The notes beneath the pieces are model-generated. The model had not been told where the DNA came from and ran no database searches. It saw only the letters and a list, made by a program, of their open reading frames with translations. Shown here piece after piece: positions 18,036 through 27,262 of a stretch of 32,905 nucleotides of DNA. Location of the stretch: the NCBI GenBank assembly GCA_947630415.1, contig CANRHM010000003.1, forward strand, positions 1 to 32,905, in the 5' to 3' direction. Position 1 is the stretch's first letter. Every line of letters starts with the position of its first letter. The position numbers and the translations under genes are program-made. The stretch comes from an uncultured Bacilli bacterium. GTDB lineage: Bacteria > Bacillota_I > Bacilli_A > RF39 > UBA660.

Positions 18036-18923
18036 TTAAGCACCTCCAGAAACCTCATAAGCATCACTTGCTACAAAGAAAGCCGATGGATCGATCTGGA
18101 AAATACCTTCTTTTAATTTAAAGTATTCGTTTGTGGGAACCACACACATCAACACTTTTTGTTTTTCTTTGGTATATCCTCCTCTTGCATCAAAAATAGT
18201 TACTCCATGATTTAAATAAGTTAAAATATATTCTTTGATTTCCACATCTTTTTCGGTAATAATGTAGAATGCTTTAGAACTTGAAATACCTAGAATCACT
18301 TTATCCGTTAAAATACTGATAATATACAAAACGATGATACCATACATAAGTCTTGTAACACCAAAGAAGAAAACACTACTGAAGACGATTAAGCCATCGC
18401 TTAACAACATCGCATTTCCTAAACTCATGTGCGCATATTTTGAAACAATTTGGTTGATGATATCCGTTCCACCAGTCGTAAATCCCGCTTTAAATATGAG
18501 TCCTGCACCAAGACCATAAAGCACTCCTCCAAAAAGAGCAAGCAATAACACCTGAGAAGTATCTACTGTAACATAATTACCAATCGTAGAAGTTAGTTGA
18601 ACAGCAAGTGGAAAGAGTAAAGAACCTAGAATCGATCCTTTGGTCTTTTCCCATCCTAAAGTAAAGTAACTAACTACTAATAAAATAATCGAACCCACTA
18701 AAATAAAGAAGGAAGGTTCAATATTCCATAAACTTTTAAAGATGATAGAAAGTCCACTTAAACCTCCAAAAACAATATTATTAGGAAGTAAAAACAAGTT
18801 GAAAGCAATGGAAGCAATAACAATACCAACGACTAACTCAATATAACGACGAATGATTTTAGTACCGTTAACTTTCTTTATAATTTCATCGGTTTTAGGT
18901 TTCTTTCTTCCAAATAATCTCAT
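18036..18923 (-). CDS. YitT-family membrane protein
   Basis: GGLSGL, GFTTGGTDI, HGVTIFDARGGYT, DPSAFF motifs; ATGA overlap with prfB. Confidence 0.9.
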   Translation of the reverse strand: MRLFGRKKPKTDEIIKKVNGTKIIRRYIELVVGIVIASIAFNLFLLPNNIVFGGLSGLSIIFKSLWNIEPSFFILVGSIILLVVSYFTLGWEKTKGSILGSLLFPLAVQLTSTIGNYVTVDTSQVLLLALFGGVLYGLGAGLIFKAGFTTGGTDIINQIVSKYAHMSLGNAMLLSDGLIVFSSVFFFGVTRLMYGIIVLYIISILTDKVILGISSSKAFYIITEKDVEIKEYILTYLNHGVTIFDARGGYTKEKQKVLMCVVPTNEYFKLKEGIFQIDPSAFFVASDAYEVSGGA

Positions 18924-20018
18924 ACATTTACCTCCTTCAAATAACTTTCAATAAATAGATCAAGGTCGCCATCTAAGACTTTGGAAACATTGCTGGTCTC
19001 AACCTTGGTTCTTGCATCTTTAACAAGGGAATACGGGTGAAGTACATAACTTCGGATTTGTGAACCAAAGTTGATAGAAGCGACTTCTCCTTTTAATTCT
19101 TTCTTTTCTTGTTGTTGTTTTTCCATTTCTAAAAGTTTAAGTTTGCCTTTTAAGATGGTAAGAGCTCTTTCTCTATTTTGTAACTGACTTCGCTCATTTT
19201 GACAAGTAACTACAATTTTCGTGGGAAGATGGGTAATACGTACGGCCGAATCTGTCGTGTTAACGTGTTGTCCTCCAGCACCTCCCGAACGATAAACATC
19301 TATTTTTAAATCTTTGGGATCAATTTCAATATCGATACTATTATCAATTTCAGGCGTTACTTCAATAGAAGCAAAGGAGGTATGTCGTTTATTATTAGCA
19401 TCAAATGGAGACAAACGTACTAAACGATGAACTCCTCGTTCACACTTTAAATAACCGTAAGCATAACTTCCTTTAATTAGAAGAGATGCCGATTTAATAC
19501 CTACTTCTTCCCCTTCTTGATAATCTAGTACCTCAATCTTGTATCCTTTCTTTTCAGCATATCTTGTGTACATTCTGTATAACATCATAGCCCAATCACA
19601 AGCTTCTGTTCCCCCTGCTCCAGAATGTACTTCTAAAATACAATTATTTTGGTCATACGGACCACTTAGTAAAAGAAATAACGATAACTCTTCGAGTTTT
19701 TTTTCCAAAGATGGAAGTGTTTCTTCGATAGAAGAAAGAATCTCACTATCCTCTTCTTCCATTAAATTAAACAAATCTAAATTATCTCCAATTTCCTTTT
19801 TTAATACGGTTATTTTTTCCGTAATATTTCTTAAACTAGACAATCTATCAATAACTTCTTTGGCCTCTTCTTGATGATCCCAAAAAGAAGCTTCATTCAT
19901 CTTTGCTTCTAAGTTTTTTTCTTCTTCTAATTTAGAATCAATGTCAAAGTGACCTCCATAAATCGCCAATTTCTTTTTGTAATTTCTCAAGTTGTCTCTT
20001 CATTTCATTTTTATCCAT
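18920..20018 (-). CDS. prfB: Peptide chain release factor 2 (programmed +1 frameshift, ~365 aa)
   Basis: SPF and GGQ motifs; ATG 20018 gives MDKNEMKRQLEKLQKEIGDLWRSL then CTT TGA C, continuing +1 as DIDSKLEE. Confidence 0.97.
19943..19957 (-). promoter_or_regulatory. RF2 autoregulatory +1 frameshift site
   Basis: Minus strand GGAGG-TCA-CTT TGA C: internal SD 3 nt before the shifty codon. Confidence 0.95.
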
Positions 20019-20094
20019 TTTTATCCCATTCCTTTTATTTATAACTAATTTTATTATATCATAGCCCCATCTAAAACCACAAATAACTTCGAAG

Positions 20095-20118
20095 AAAAAA
20101 GAGAAATCTCTTTCTCTT
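20095..20118 (-). terminator. Intrinsic terminator
   Basis: Minus strand AAGAGAAA-GAGA-TTTCTCTT followed by Ts, at the stop of the 431-aa gene. Confidence 0.65.
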
Positions 20119-21412
20119 AAGCTTCTTTAGGTTCTCTATAAGTTTGTTTAATATTGTATTTAACATCTGGTAAAGCCGCTACCTCTTCGATGGTATGAAC
20201 ATCGTATCCCCTACTTTGTAATAAGGAAATAAGTTCTTCTTCTGATAAATATTCTTCACTTAAACGATCCCACTCAATTTCGCCATTAAGATTGGTAAGC
20301 GGAACAATCTCTACTTTAATACGTGTTTCAATTTCTCTTGTTCCATCTTTAAATGGTTTAGTATCAGGGACTACACGAGTATACTCACTCCAAGCACTCC
20401 AAACCTCACTATCATCAATGCGTTTGGCATTAGGAGATGGTTTAGAAGGAAGAAGATCACTTCTCTCCATCTTTTCAACACGATAGTATTTGCTAGCATA
20501 CGTCTTGGTTTCTTCATCACGTTTTGCACCTTGAACAGGAGCCGTTAAATAATACGTAATTTCTTCATCGCGATTCGTAGTACCTGATGGATAATAATAT
20601 TTAGGTCCATCATCGTTTTGAATATACCATTTATAAGCAAAATTTTGAGATACTTCTTTAAATGGATAAAGTTCATTTGGACTTTCTTTATAGTATTCTG
20701 TAACTAATTCCGTATTGGATTTATCTTGTGGATAATAGAAACGAACATCTCCTTGGTAAGCCCAATTCTTATCACGGTAACGATAATAGGTCGTTTGTTT
20801 TACGATTTTATAATTGGTATAAGGTACTTCATCTAACCACATGGTTTCTTTTTCACCCACGGTGGTTTTATCGGTATTTAACTTTTCAGCTTGATAAGAG
20901 AAATTTACCTTGGCATTCATTTTCCCTAAAATATCTTGTTCATTGACTAAAGGCTTTTCTTCTCCATAGGCAACCGTTGAAGTATTGTTTTCACATTGCA
21001 TACTAACTTCAAAATGATAATTACCACTTTCAAGTTTACATACTTTAACCATACTTACATCTTTATCACACTTTTTATAATAGTTGATATCGGATATTAA
21101 TTTTTGTTCTTGTATAGTTTGTAAGGCTACCGTTGTACAACTTCCATTAGAAGATGGTAACTTCGTTGGATCAAACTCAAAATATGTTTTTGCACTCGCT
21201 AAAAAATAATCTTGTGCAAGCGTTGATCCTGGTTGCTCAAAAGGATCAATTTTACTCACTTCATACGCATGCATTCCAAATACAGCTATCAAACCAATTG
21301 CAATAACGGAAATGATAACAAGTGCTATACGATAACGTTTAATCGTCTTTTTACTTGAATATTGATTTGGATTTTCATAATCGGTAATATTTTTATATTC
21401 GTTATTATCCAT
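20117..21412 (-). CDS. Membrane-anchored extracellular protein, pilin-like N-terminal module and Tyr/Trp-rich C-terminal region
   Basis: Single TM (IALVIISVIAIGLIAVFG), four Cys in the first extracellular domain, YYRYRD/WSAWSEY/YYP motifs; AGGAGG RBS. Confidence 0.7.
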   Translation of the reverse strand: MDNNEYKNITDYENPNQYSSKKTIKRYRIALVIISVIAIGLIAVFGMHAYEVSKIDPFEQPGSTLAQDYFLASAKTYFEFDPTKLPSSNGSCTTVALQTIQEQKLISDINYYKKCDKDVSMVKVCKLESGNYHFEVSMQCENNTSTVAYGEEKPLVNEQDILGKMNAKVNFSYQAEKLNTDKTTVGEKETMWLDEVPYTNYKIVKQTTYYRYRDKNWAYQGDVRFYYPQDKSNTELVTEYYKESPNELYPFKEVSQNFAYKWYIQNDDGPKYYYPSGTTNRDEEITYYLTAPVQGAKRDEETKTYASKYYRVEKMERSDLLPSKPSPNAKRIDDSEVWSAWSEYTRVVPDTKPFKDGTREIETRIKVEIVPLTNLNGEIEWDRLSEEYLSEEELISLLQSRGYDVHTIEEVAALPDVKYNIKQTYREPKEA

Positions 21413-21488
21413 AAATTCCTCCTACTTTCCTACTTTAACTATATCATGCCAAAAGAGGCTATTTCAAGCAAAAGAAAAAGAAAATCGC

Positions 21489-21617
21489 TTATTTACGTCG
21501 ATTTTTTTCTAAATAAAGATTCTCTTTGGTAAAAGAATAACATTCTAAAGTAAAATCTAATAGAGGATTAGCATTTAAATTATTTTCAATATAGATGATA
21601 TTATTAATAAAATGCAC
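21489..21617 (-). CDS. Possible 42-aa small ORF or gene remnant
   Basis: AAAGAAGGA RBS then GTG; MHFINNIIYIENNLNANPLLDFTLECYSFTKENLYLEKNRRK*; below the ORF-track cutoff. Confidence 0.3.
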   Translation of the reverse strand: MHFINNIIYIENNLNANPLLDFTLECYSFTKENLYLEKNRRK

Positions 21618-21637
21618 ACTTTTTCAGTTCCTTCTTT

Positions 21638-22234
21638 CTATTTTATAAGCATCTTAGTTATCTTGCTTTCTAAATCACTTCTTCTTTCTTGATTCGAATC
21701 TATCACAAAATAAGAAGACATTATACGAGGAATAATTTTAAAAGTTTCCCCTTCTATTTCCATTTCATAATAGGGAACTTGCTTACTTTTTAAAACAAAT
21801 TCATCTAACACATTATAAAAAGAAGTTCCTTCTTCAAACTTTAAAAAAAGAGGTCTATAACTAGGATTAGACGAATCTAAAAAATAAGGATTTCCTTGAT
21901 GAAAGAAAAGAATTACATAAGTACATCTATCAACTAGATCATCAAAAGATATAAAACCAAAATCAATAAGAACATTCCCGTTAGTATCATAGGTATTATC
22001 GCCTATGACATTACAAATGAATTTCTTTTTTTCTTTTTCCTGAAACCAATCTTTTAATCCATAAAAGATAGCACTTTCATCGTAATACTTTTTATCAATT
22101 CCTACTTCAAAAGGAATTAAGTATGCTAGAAAAGGATCTATTGGAACCACAAATTTTGAAGAAGGCGCAATCGACTGCATGCTCTTAGGTTTCAAATAGG
22201 ATCGTAATTGGTCGATTCCTTTAATGCTTTCCAT
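21638..22234 (-). CDS. Hypothetical protein
   Basis: 198-aa ORF with AAGGAG RBS, 14 nt downstream of the previous stop. Confidence 0.7.
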   Translation of the reverse strand: MESIKGIDQLRSYLKPKSMQSIAPSSKFVVPIDPFLAYLIPFEVGIDKKYYDESAIFYGLKDWFQEKEKKKFICNVIGDNTYDTNGNVLIDFGFISFDDLVDRCTYVILFFHQGNPYFLDSSNPSYRPLFLKFEEGTSFYNVLDEFVLKSKQVPYYEMEIEGETFKIIPRIMSSYFVIDSNQERRSDLESKITKMLIK

Positions 22235-22248
22235 ATATAAAACTCCTT

Positions 22249-22641
22249 CTAAAATTTCTTTTGTAATACTTTATCAATAAGTACAATATCTTTCTGGTCT
22301 TTTTCTCTATTTAAATATTGTTTTAGTTTTTTTACATCTTCTAATTTCTGAACTGGAATGCCTTCAATTAAATCAAAAGAAGGAGAATATAAATTGGAAC
22401 CAAAATTAATAGTATTATCGATATAATATAAACAATTGCCATCAGGTAGAACCCGCTCTAAAGTACAAGAATAATGCGTAAGCAAATACCTAAAATAAGA
22501 TTTAGTAACTGAAATATCAATATCTCTTGTTGTCTCTTTAACCCTTAAAAGAACGAGTGCTGCTCCCGAAATCACTAAATATTCATTTGGGTCAAAGGCA
22601 TACTGACGTAAAATAGTTAAAATTTGATTTCGATCAAACAT
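22249..22641 (-). CDS. Small Pol-beta-superfamily nucleotidyltransferase-like protein
   Basis: LVISGAAL...TRDIDI (G...DxD) and C-terminal REKDQKDI (RxKDxxD). Confidence 0.65.
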   Translation of the reverse strand: MFDRNQILTILRQYAFDPNEYLVISGAALVLLRVKETTRDIDISVTKSYFRYLLTHYSCTLERVLPDGNCLYYIDNTINFGSNLYSPSFDLIEGIPVQKLEDVKKLKQYLNREKDQKDIVLIDKVLQKKF

Positions 22642-22755
22642 TTTATTCCTTCTTTCTCTAGTTATGTCTTTCTATAATACGCTTTTAAGTTAAATTAAGC
22701 AAGAAACAAAAAGACTTTAAACAAAAGTTAAGGCCTTTATAAAGTCTATTTACAA

Positions 22756-23418
22756 TTACTTCTTCATTAAGATTTTTTCTTTTTGAGATAAATAATCCTT
22801 TTCACTAACTAAGTGATATTTTAAACAATCTTCTAATGAAGCTAGTTCTTGTCTTTTGGCTGTTTCTACTTCATTTTTCCAAAAACGTTCTTCTTCTAAC
22901 ATCGCTTTTATAGCCTCATCTTGTCCTTTTTTGATGCACAAATCAAAAAACTTGTACCTTGTATTATAATATCGATCTTGAAAATCATTAATGAATCTTT
23001 TTCCTCTTACAACTTTATTTTCTTGTTCAAAAGTAGCTTGTTCACTCAAAGGAATAGTGACCGTTCTTGTGGCATCTTCTAAGTCAAAATAAACAGAAAC
23101 CATATGTTCCTTATCTTCGTCATAATACGGCTTTCCAAATATTTCCTCGTATCTTTTAATAGATAGATCTATAGCCCAAAACCAAATGTGATTAGTCTCA
23201 TCAAGTGCACCACTTCCATACTTTTTAATCAATTTAGAAATTACATCTTTATAACAATTATCCACTCCAATATAAGATCTTTGTAACTCTAATAAGTACT
23301 TGTAACGTTTTACAATAGGATTTTCTTCTAATTCTTTAATCTCTTCAAAATCACTTTGTATAAGTCTTCTTTCCTCAGTATATTCTTTTCTTATTTGTTC
23401 TAATTCTTCTTTTTTCAT
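22756..23418 (-). CDS. Hypothetical protein with SHOCT-like C-terminus
   Basis: AGGAGG RBS; last residues LASLEDCLKYHLVSEKDYLSQKEKIL resemble a SHOCT motif. Confidence 0.7.
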   Translation of the reverse strand: MKKEELEQIRKEYTEERRLIQSDFEEIKELEENPIVKRYKYLLELQRSYIGVDNCYKDVISKLIKKYGSGALDETNHIWFWAIDLSIKRYEEIFGKPYYDEDKEHMVSVYFDLEDATRTVTIPLSEQATFEQENKVVRGKRFINDFQDRYYNTRYKFFDLCIKKGQDEAIKAMLEEERFWKNEVETAKRQELASLEDCLKYHLVSEKDYLSQKEKILMKK

Positions 23419-23476
23419 AATCCAAAACCTCCTATTTTCCCCTCTTACTTATAATAACTCAAAAATTAAATAATTT

Positions 23477-24523
23477 CTATTTTTTATATTTATTAAGAAG
23501 CTCATAAATATATTTATAATATTCTTCTTTATGCATGGTATATGTTTCTATAATTTTATTTGCTGTCTCATAAGCTTTTGCATAGTCTTTCTTGGTAATA
23601 AGTCCTTTGTCATAAACTTCTTTCAATTCATCCTCATCCATTATAGTAGGTTCATATTCATTAGGAATACAAACATCTAGTTTCATATCCACAAAATAAG
23701 GATTTTCCGGATCACTAAAATCATTCATTTTTGTTATATCAAAATAACTTTCAATCAATTGATCTTGATCATCAAACATAACGGTTAACCACCAATTTTG
23801 ATCTTTAGGGGCAAATATCAATTGTTTAAAATGATTATCTGCAATTTTTACTTTTCCAATAGGAGAATCAACTACTAAAGGAGAAGATACCTCAATGATA
23901 CTTAAATAACAAACTTTACCTTCAAAAAATTCATTCTTGATATCTTCAACTTTGGTTTCCTTTTTTAAAATTCTTTTCCAATCATTTCTTTTTAAATCTT
24001 TAAAACCAAACTTGATAGAATTATCAAATCTGATTCTAGTTAAATATTGACGATCCGTTTCTCCAACAATGAAAGCTCCACAGTTAAGTTGAACTTTTAA
24101 TGATGCTGGATTATCTTTATTAAAAGATAAATAAACTTCATCTTCGGATATTAGTTCTCTACACTTATCAATAGCAAGTTCTAATCCTTTTGTTGCATAG
24201 CCTTTTCCTCTCATATTAGGTAAAATGCCATATCCAATATGTCCTGGTCCTTTTTTTAAATAATCATTCAAATAATGTCTTATTTTAAAAAGACCAACAA
24301 TCTCATCATCCCATAAAAAGAAATAAGTATCCGGTACATGCCCTTCTTCTAATTCTAATCCTTCCGCATTTTTTAATAATTTAGGAATAACTTTTTCTCT
24401 TAATTCTTCCTTGGTAATATCATGATATTTGTTTTCAAAACCATTTTCATTAAACGGGATTGCCTTAAATGCCTTATATTCTTCCTCAATATCCTCATAG
24501 TTTATTTTCTTTAAATAAAGCAT
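23477..24523 (-). CDS. GNAT acetyltransferase fused to DUF402 domain
   Basis: GHIGYGILPNMRGKGYAT and NPASLKV (GNAT); WWLTVMFD..YFDI..FVDMKLDV..IMDEDEL (DUF402); start moved to ATG 24523. Confidence 0.8.
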   Translation of the reverse strand: MLYLKKINYEDIEEEYKAFKAIPFNENGFENKYHDITKEELREKVIPKLLKNAEGLELEEGHVPDTYFFLWDDEIVGLFKIRHYLNDYLKKGPGHIGYGILPNMRGKGYATKGLELAIDKCRELISEDEVYLSFNKDNPASLKVQLNCGAFIVGETDRQYLTRIRFDNSIKFGFKDLKRNDWKRILKKETKVEDIKNEFFEGKVCYLSIIEVSSPLVVDSPIGKVKIADNHFKQLIFAPKDQNWWLTVMFDDQDQLIESYFDITKMNDFSDPENPYFVDMKLDVCIPNEYEPTIMDEDELKEVYDKGLITKKDYAKAYETANKIIETYTMHKEEYYKYIYELLNKYKK

Positions 24524-24537
24524 ATGATTACCTCCCA

Positions 24538-24864
24538 TCACATATTGTTATTAGTTAGCTCTTCATCTATCCAATTTAGATAATCTTTACTAGTGCTTGT
24601 AATATCAAACACAGCAAATTCAAAACATTCATAACTATGTATAGAGCTAATTACTTTGTAAATCTTTTTTTGAAATTCCTTTTTGGTCGTCATTTGAAGT
24701 AAATACTCCTTTGATACTTCTCTTTGTTGATGATAGTTCCAACTACTTTCACTTTCAATGATATGGCAACTGACCACGACTTTCATGTCTAATAATTTTT
24801 TAACAATGTTATCAATTTCATCTATATTGTTACTGGCCGTTTCAATCATACAATATTTAGTCAT
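24538..24864 (-). CDS. cutA: CutA divalent-cation tolerance protein
   Basis: 108 aa; HSYECFE and YLNWI correspond to CutA HPYEVPE/YLxWI; conserved Cys in VVSCHI. Confidence 0.8.
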   Translation of the reverse strand: MTKYCMIETASNNIDEIDNIVKKLLDMKVVVSCHIIESESSWNYHQQREVSKEYLLQMTTKKEFQKKIYKVISSIHSYECFEFAVFDITSTSKDYLNWIDEELTNNNM

Positions 24865-24921
24865 AATAATCTCACCTATAAAAATTATATCATAATATCA
24901 AAAAGATAAAAATAATAGGGA

Positions 24922-25359
24922 TTATATTTCAAGTTCCATAACTACATGAACAATTCCTTCTTCTAAGAAATCATTGGAAACCACTTTAAATCCAAATTTT
25001 TCATAAAAACCTATGGCATGTTTTTGAGCATCCATACATATTTTTTTGCAATTCATTTTTTCTTTAATCGATTGCAAACTTTGTTCCATCAATTCTTTAC
25101 CTACACCATTTCCATGTTTTAAAGTTAAAACTCTACCAATTTTAACAATCGCTTTATGTTCATCCTGATAAAATGCTCTAAGATAGGCTACAACCTTATC
25201 ATCCTTCATAAAAAAGCAATGTAAACTATCATAATCAATGTCATCCATATCTTGATAATGAATATTTTGTTCCATAACAAAAATTTCTGATCTTGCTTTT
25301 AATATTTCATATATTTCTGTAGCGGATAATTCATTAAATTTTTTGGATATTAAATTCAT
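24922..25359 (-). CDS. ElaA-like GNAT acetyltransferase
   Basis: KKFNELS..EIYEILKARSEIFVMEQ, IGRV, AQKHAIGFYEKFGF, FLEEGIVHVVM; start moved to ATG 25359. Confidence 0.85.
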   Translation of the reverse strand: MNLISKKFNELSATEIYEILKARSEIFVMEQNIHYQDMDDIDYDSLHCFFMKDDKVVAYLRAFYQDEHKAIVKIGRVLTLKHGNGVGKELMEQSLQSIKEKMNCKKICMDAQKHAIGFYEKFGFKVVSNDFLEEGIVHVVMELEI

Positions 25360-25417
25360 ATATTTTCTCCTTACCAATTATTGTTTATTTCACTTAAACT
25401 TATAAAAATAATATTAA

Positions 25418-25924
25418 TTAAGATAATATAAAGGCAACAGTATTGCAAACAACAGCAATAAAGAACAGTACTCCTGTTAATAAATCTGTTTTATCTTTTC
25501 TTACTTTATAGCGACTTAAAAAAGTAACACAGTTATAAGCACATAGTAAACTAACTAAAGAGGAAGAAGGAATGTTTTTAAAAGTTGAAATAATTACTAA
25601 GATAATAAAGAATAAAGTCATGCCTATAATTCCATATTTCATAGATTTTAAATTTACTAATTCTGTTAATTTGATGACATTTTCTTCGCTCTTTTTTTCC
25701 ATATCCTTTTTTTCTATCGTTTCTCCAGCAAGTATATCATTTACACTCACTTCTAATATTTCACTAAGTGGTTTAAGTAGAGACATATCCATTAAACATA
25801 GTCCTCTTTCCCACTTGCTTACAGCATTTTTAGTAATACCTAGTTTTTCTGCTAGTTCTTCTTGTGTCAATTTTTTTAATTTTCTTTGGTTAGCAATAAA
25901 TTTGCCAATTTTTTCTTGATTCAT
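25418..25924 (-). CDS. XRE-family HTH regulator with C-terminal membrane helices
   Basis: LTQEELAEKLGITKNAVSKWERG HTH; three hydrophobic segments at the C-terminus. Confidence 0.9.
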   Translation of the reverse strand: MNQEKIGKFIANQRKLKKLTQEELAEKLGITKNAVSKWERGLCLMDMSLLKPLSEILEVSVNDILAGETIEKKDMEKKSEENVIKLTELVNLKSMKYGIIGMTLFFIILVIISTFKNIPSSSLVSLLCAYNCVTFLSRYKVRKDKTDLLTGVLFFIAVVCNTVAFILS

Positions 25925-26176
25925 ATTTTTTCTCCTTCCAAGAAGAACTGTAACATTTAAATATTATTTTTTAAACATACTAAAAGTTTACTTTTAAAAT
26001 CATTTGTTTTGCTAGATATTATATCACTTTCAGATAGTATTTGATGGCACCTTAGACAAAGAGGTAATTTTATAAATAGTATTTTACTATTTCAACACGG
26101 AATCAAAGTAAATCTATTATATGGAAATTCATCAATTTTAATTCTGTAAGATTCCACGGAATTAAACTTTTCATTA

Positions 26177-27187
26177 TTAACTCTCTTTTTTTTGTACTTT
26201 TTTACTAATATCTTTTAATGTTTCTAAATACGCTTTTTCCACAGGACTAATTTCTTTTACTTGATACTTTTTATATTCACTTTTTGCTTTTTGTATTGCT
26301 TCTTCATGGCTTATAGCACCAGCGCCTATTAATTTACTTTCCCCTGTTGCAGATAAAATAGAATCTAGTTCTCTTATATAATCTTCCATATACATTTGTT
26401 TATGCCTAATTGCTTGAATTTCAGCAAAATCAAAATATCCTGATACCAAATTATTTAAAACTTTTAATTCTTCTTCTGTTAAATAATTTTTAGCAATAAC
26501 TACATCACTCATAACAGGAATATCCCCTCTGAAGGTTTTAAGTCCCATAAACGGTTTTTCGGAATCTGCTCTTTCATAAATTAATTCGGAGGCAGTATGA
26601 CCATGAGTAGCAAAATGAAGTTTATTTTGGACCATTTTAAAAAACTCAATCGACTTTTCATCTTTAGGATCATAATCAACTGCTGTTGCATATAAATCTA
26701 AAACTTGTCGATAAAGAACTTTTTCAGAAGATCGGATATCCTTTATTCTAGCAAGTAATTCTTTCCAATAATTGCCACCAGCATTGCCTTTAAGACGTTC
26801 ATCATCTAATGTGAATCCTTTTATCATATATTCTTTTAATCTTTCAGTAGCCCACTTTCTAAAATTAGTAGCTATTTTAGATTTAATACGATATCCTAAA
26901 GAAATGATCATATCTAAATTATAATATTTGACCTTTCTTTCTACATTTCTACTTCCTTCGCTTTGAACTGTCAAGAATTCCTTGACAGTTGAATTTTCAT
27001 CTAATTCTTGCTCATTAAATATATTTTTTATATGTAAACTTATATTTTGTTTGGTTGTTTTATATAATTCAGCCATTTGCTGTTGAGATAACCAAACAGT
27101 TTCATTCTCTAGTTTTACATCGATTTTAGTCTCTCCATCCTCTGATTGATAAATAATAATATTGTTAGAAATTTCATTATTATACAT
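26177..27187 (-). CDS. RhuM-family protein
   Basis: ETVWLSQQQMAELY, YNLDMIISLGYR, FRKWAT..LKEYMIKGF.LDDERL, IRSSEK, AKNYL motifs. Confidence 0.9.
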   Translation of the reverse strand: MYNNEISNNIIIYQSEDGETKIDVKLENETVWLSQQQMAELYKTTKQNISLHIKNIFNEQELDENSTVKEFLTVQSEGSRNVERKVKYYNLDMIISLGYRIKSKIATNFRKWATERLKEYMIKGFTLDDERLKGNAGGNYWKELLARIKDIRSSEKVLYRQVLDLYATAVDYDPKDEKSIEFFKMVQNKLHFATHGHTASELIYERADSEKPFMGLKTFRGDIPVMSDVVIAKNYLTEEELKVLNNLVSGYFDFAEIQAIRHKQMYMEDYIRELDSILSATGESKLIGAGAISHEEAIQKAKSEYKKYQVKEISPVEKAYLETLKDISKKVQKKES

Positions 27188-27262
27188 ATATACATCTCCT
27201 TAAATTGAACAAAATAATTTATTAAAATAATCATACAAAATAAATGTTTTTTCCTTTACATA

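Noticed and set aside
17123-18923. Tandem yitT paralogs as novelty
   Set aside because: YitT genes are commonly multicopy and occur near prfB/ftsE in Firmicutes.
19946-19990. ORF-track N-terminus of prfB (MRNYKKKLAIYGGHF)
   Set aside because: Artefact of the +1 frame upstream of the frameshift site.
20001-20030. Short tandem repeat (ATGG(G)ATAAAA) and ATG-GGA-TAA mini-ORF before prfB
   Set aside because: Low-complexity two-copy repeat with no supporting evidence of function.
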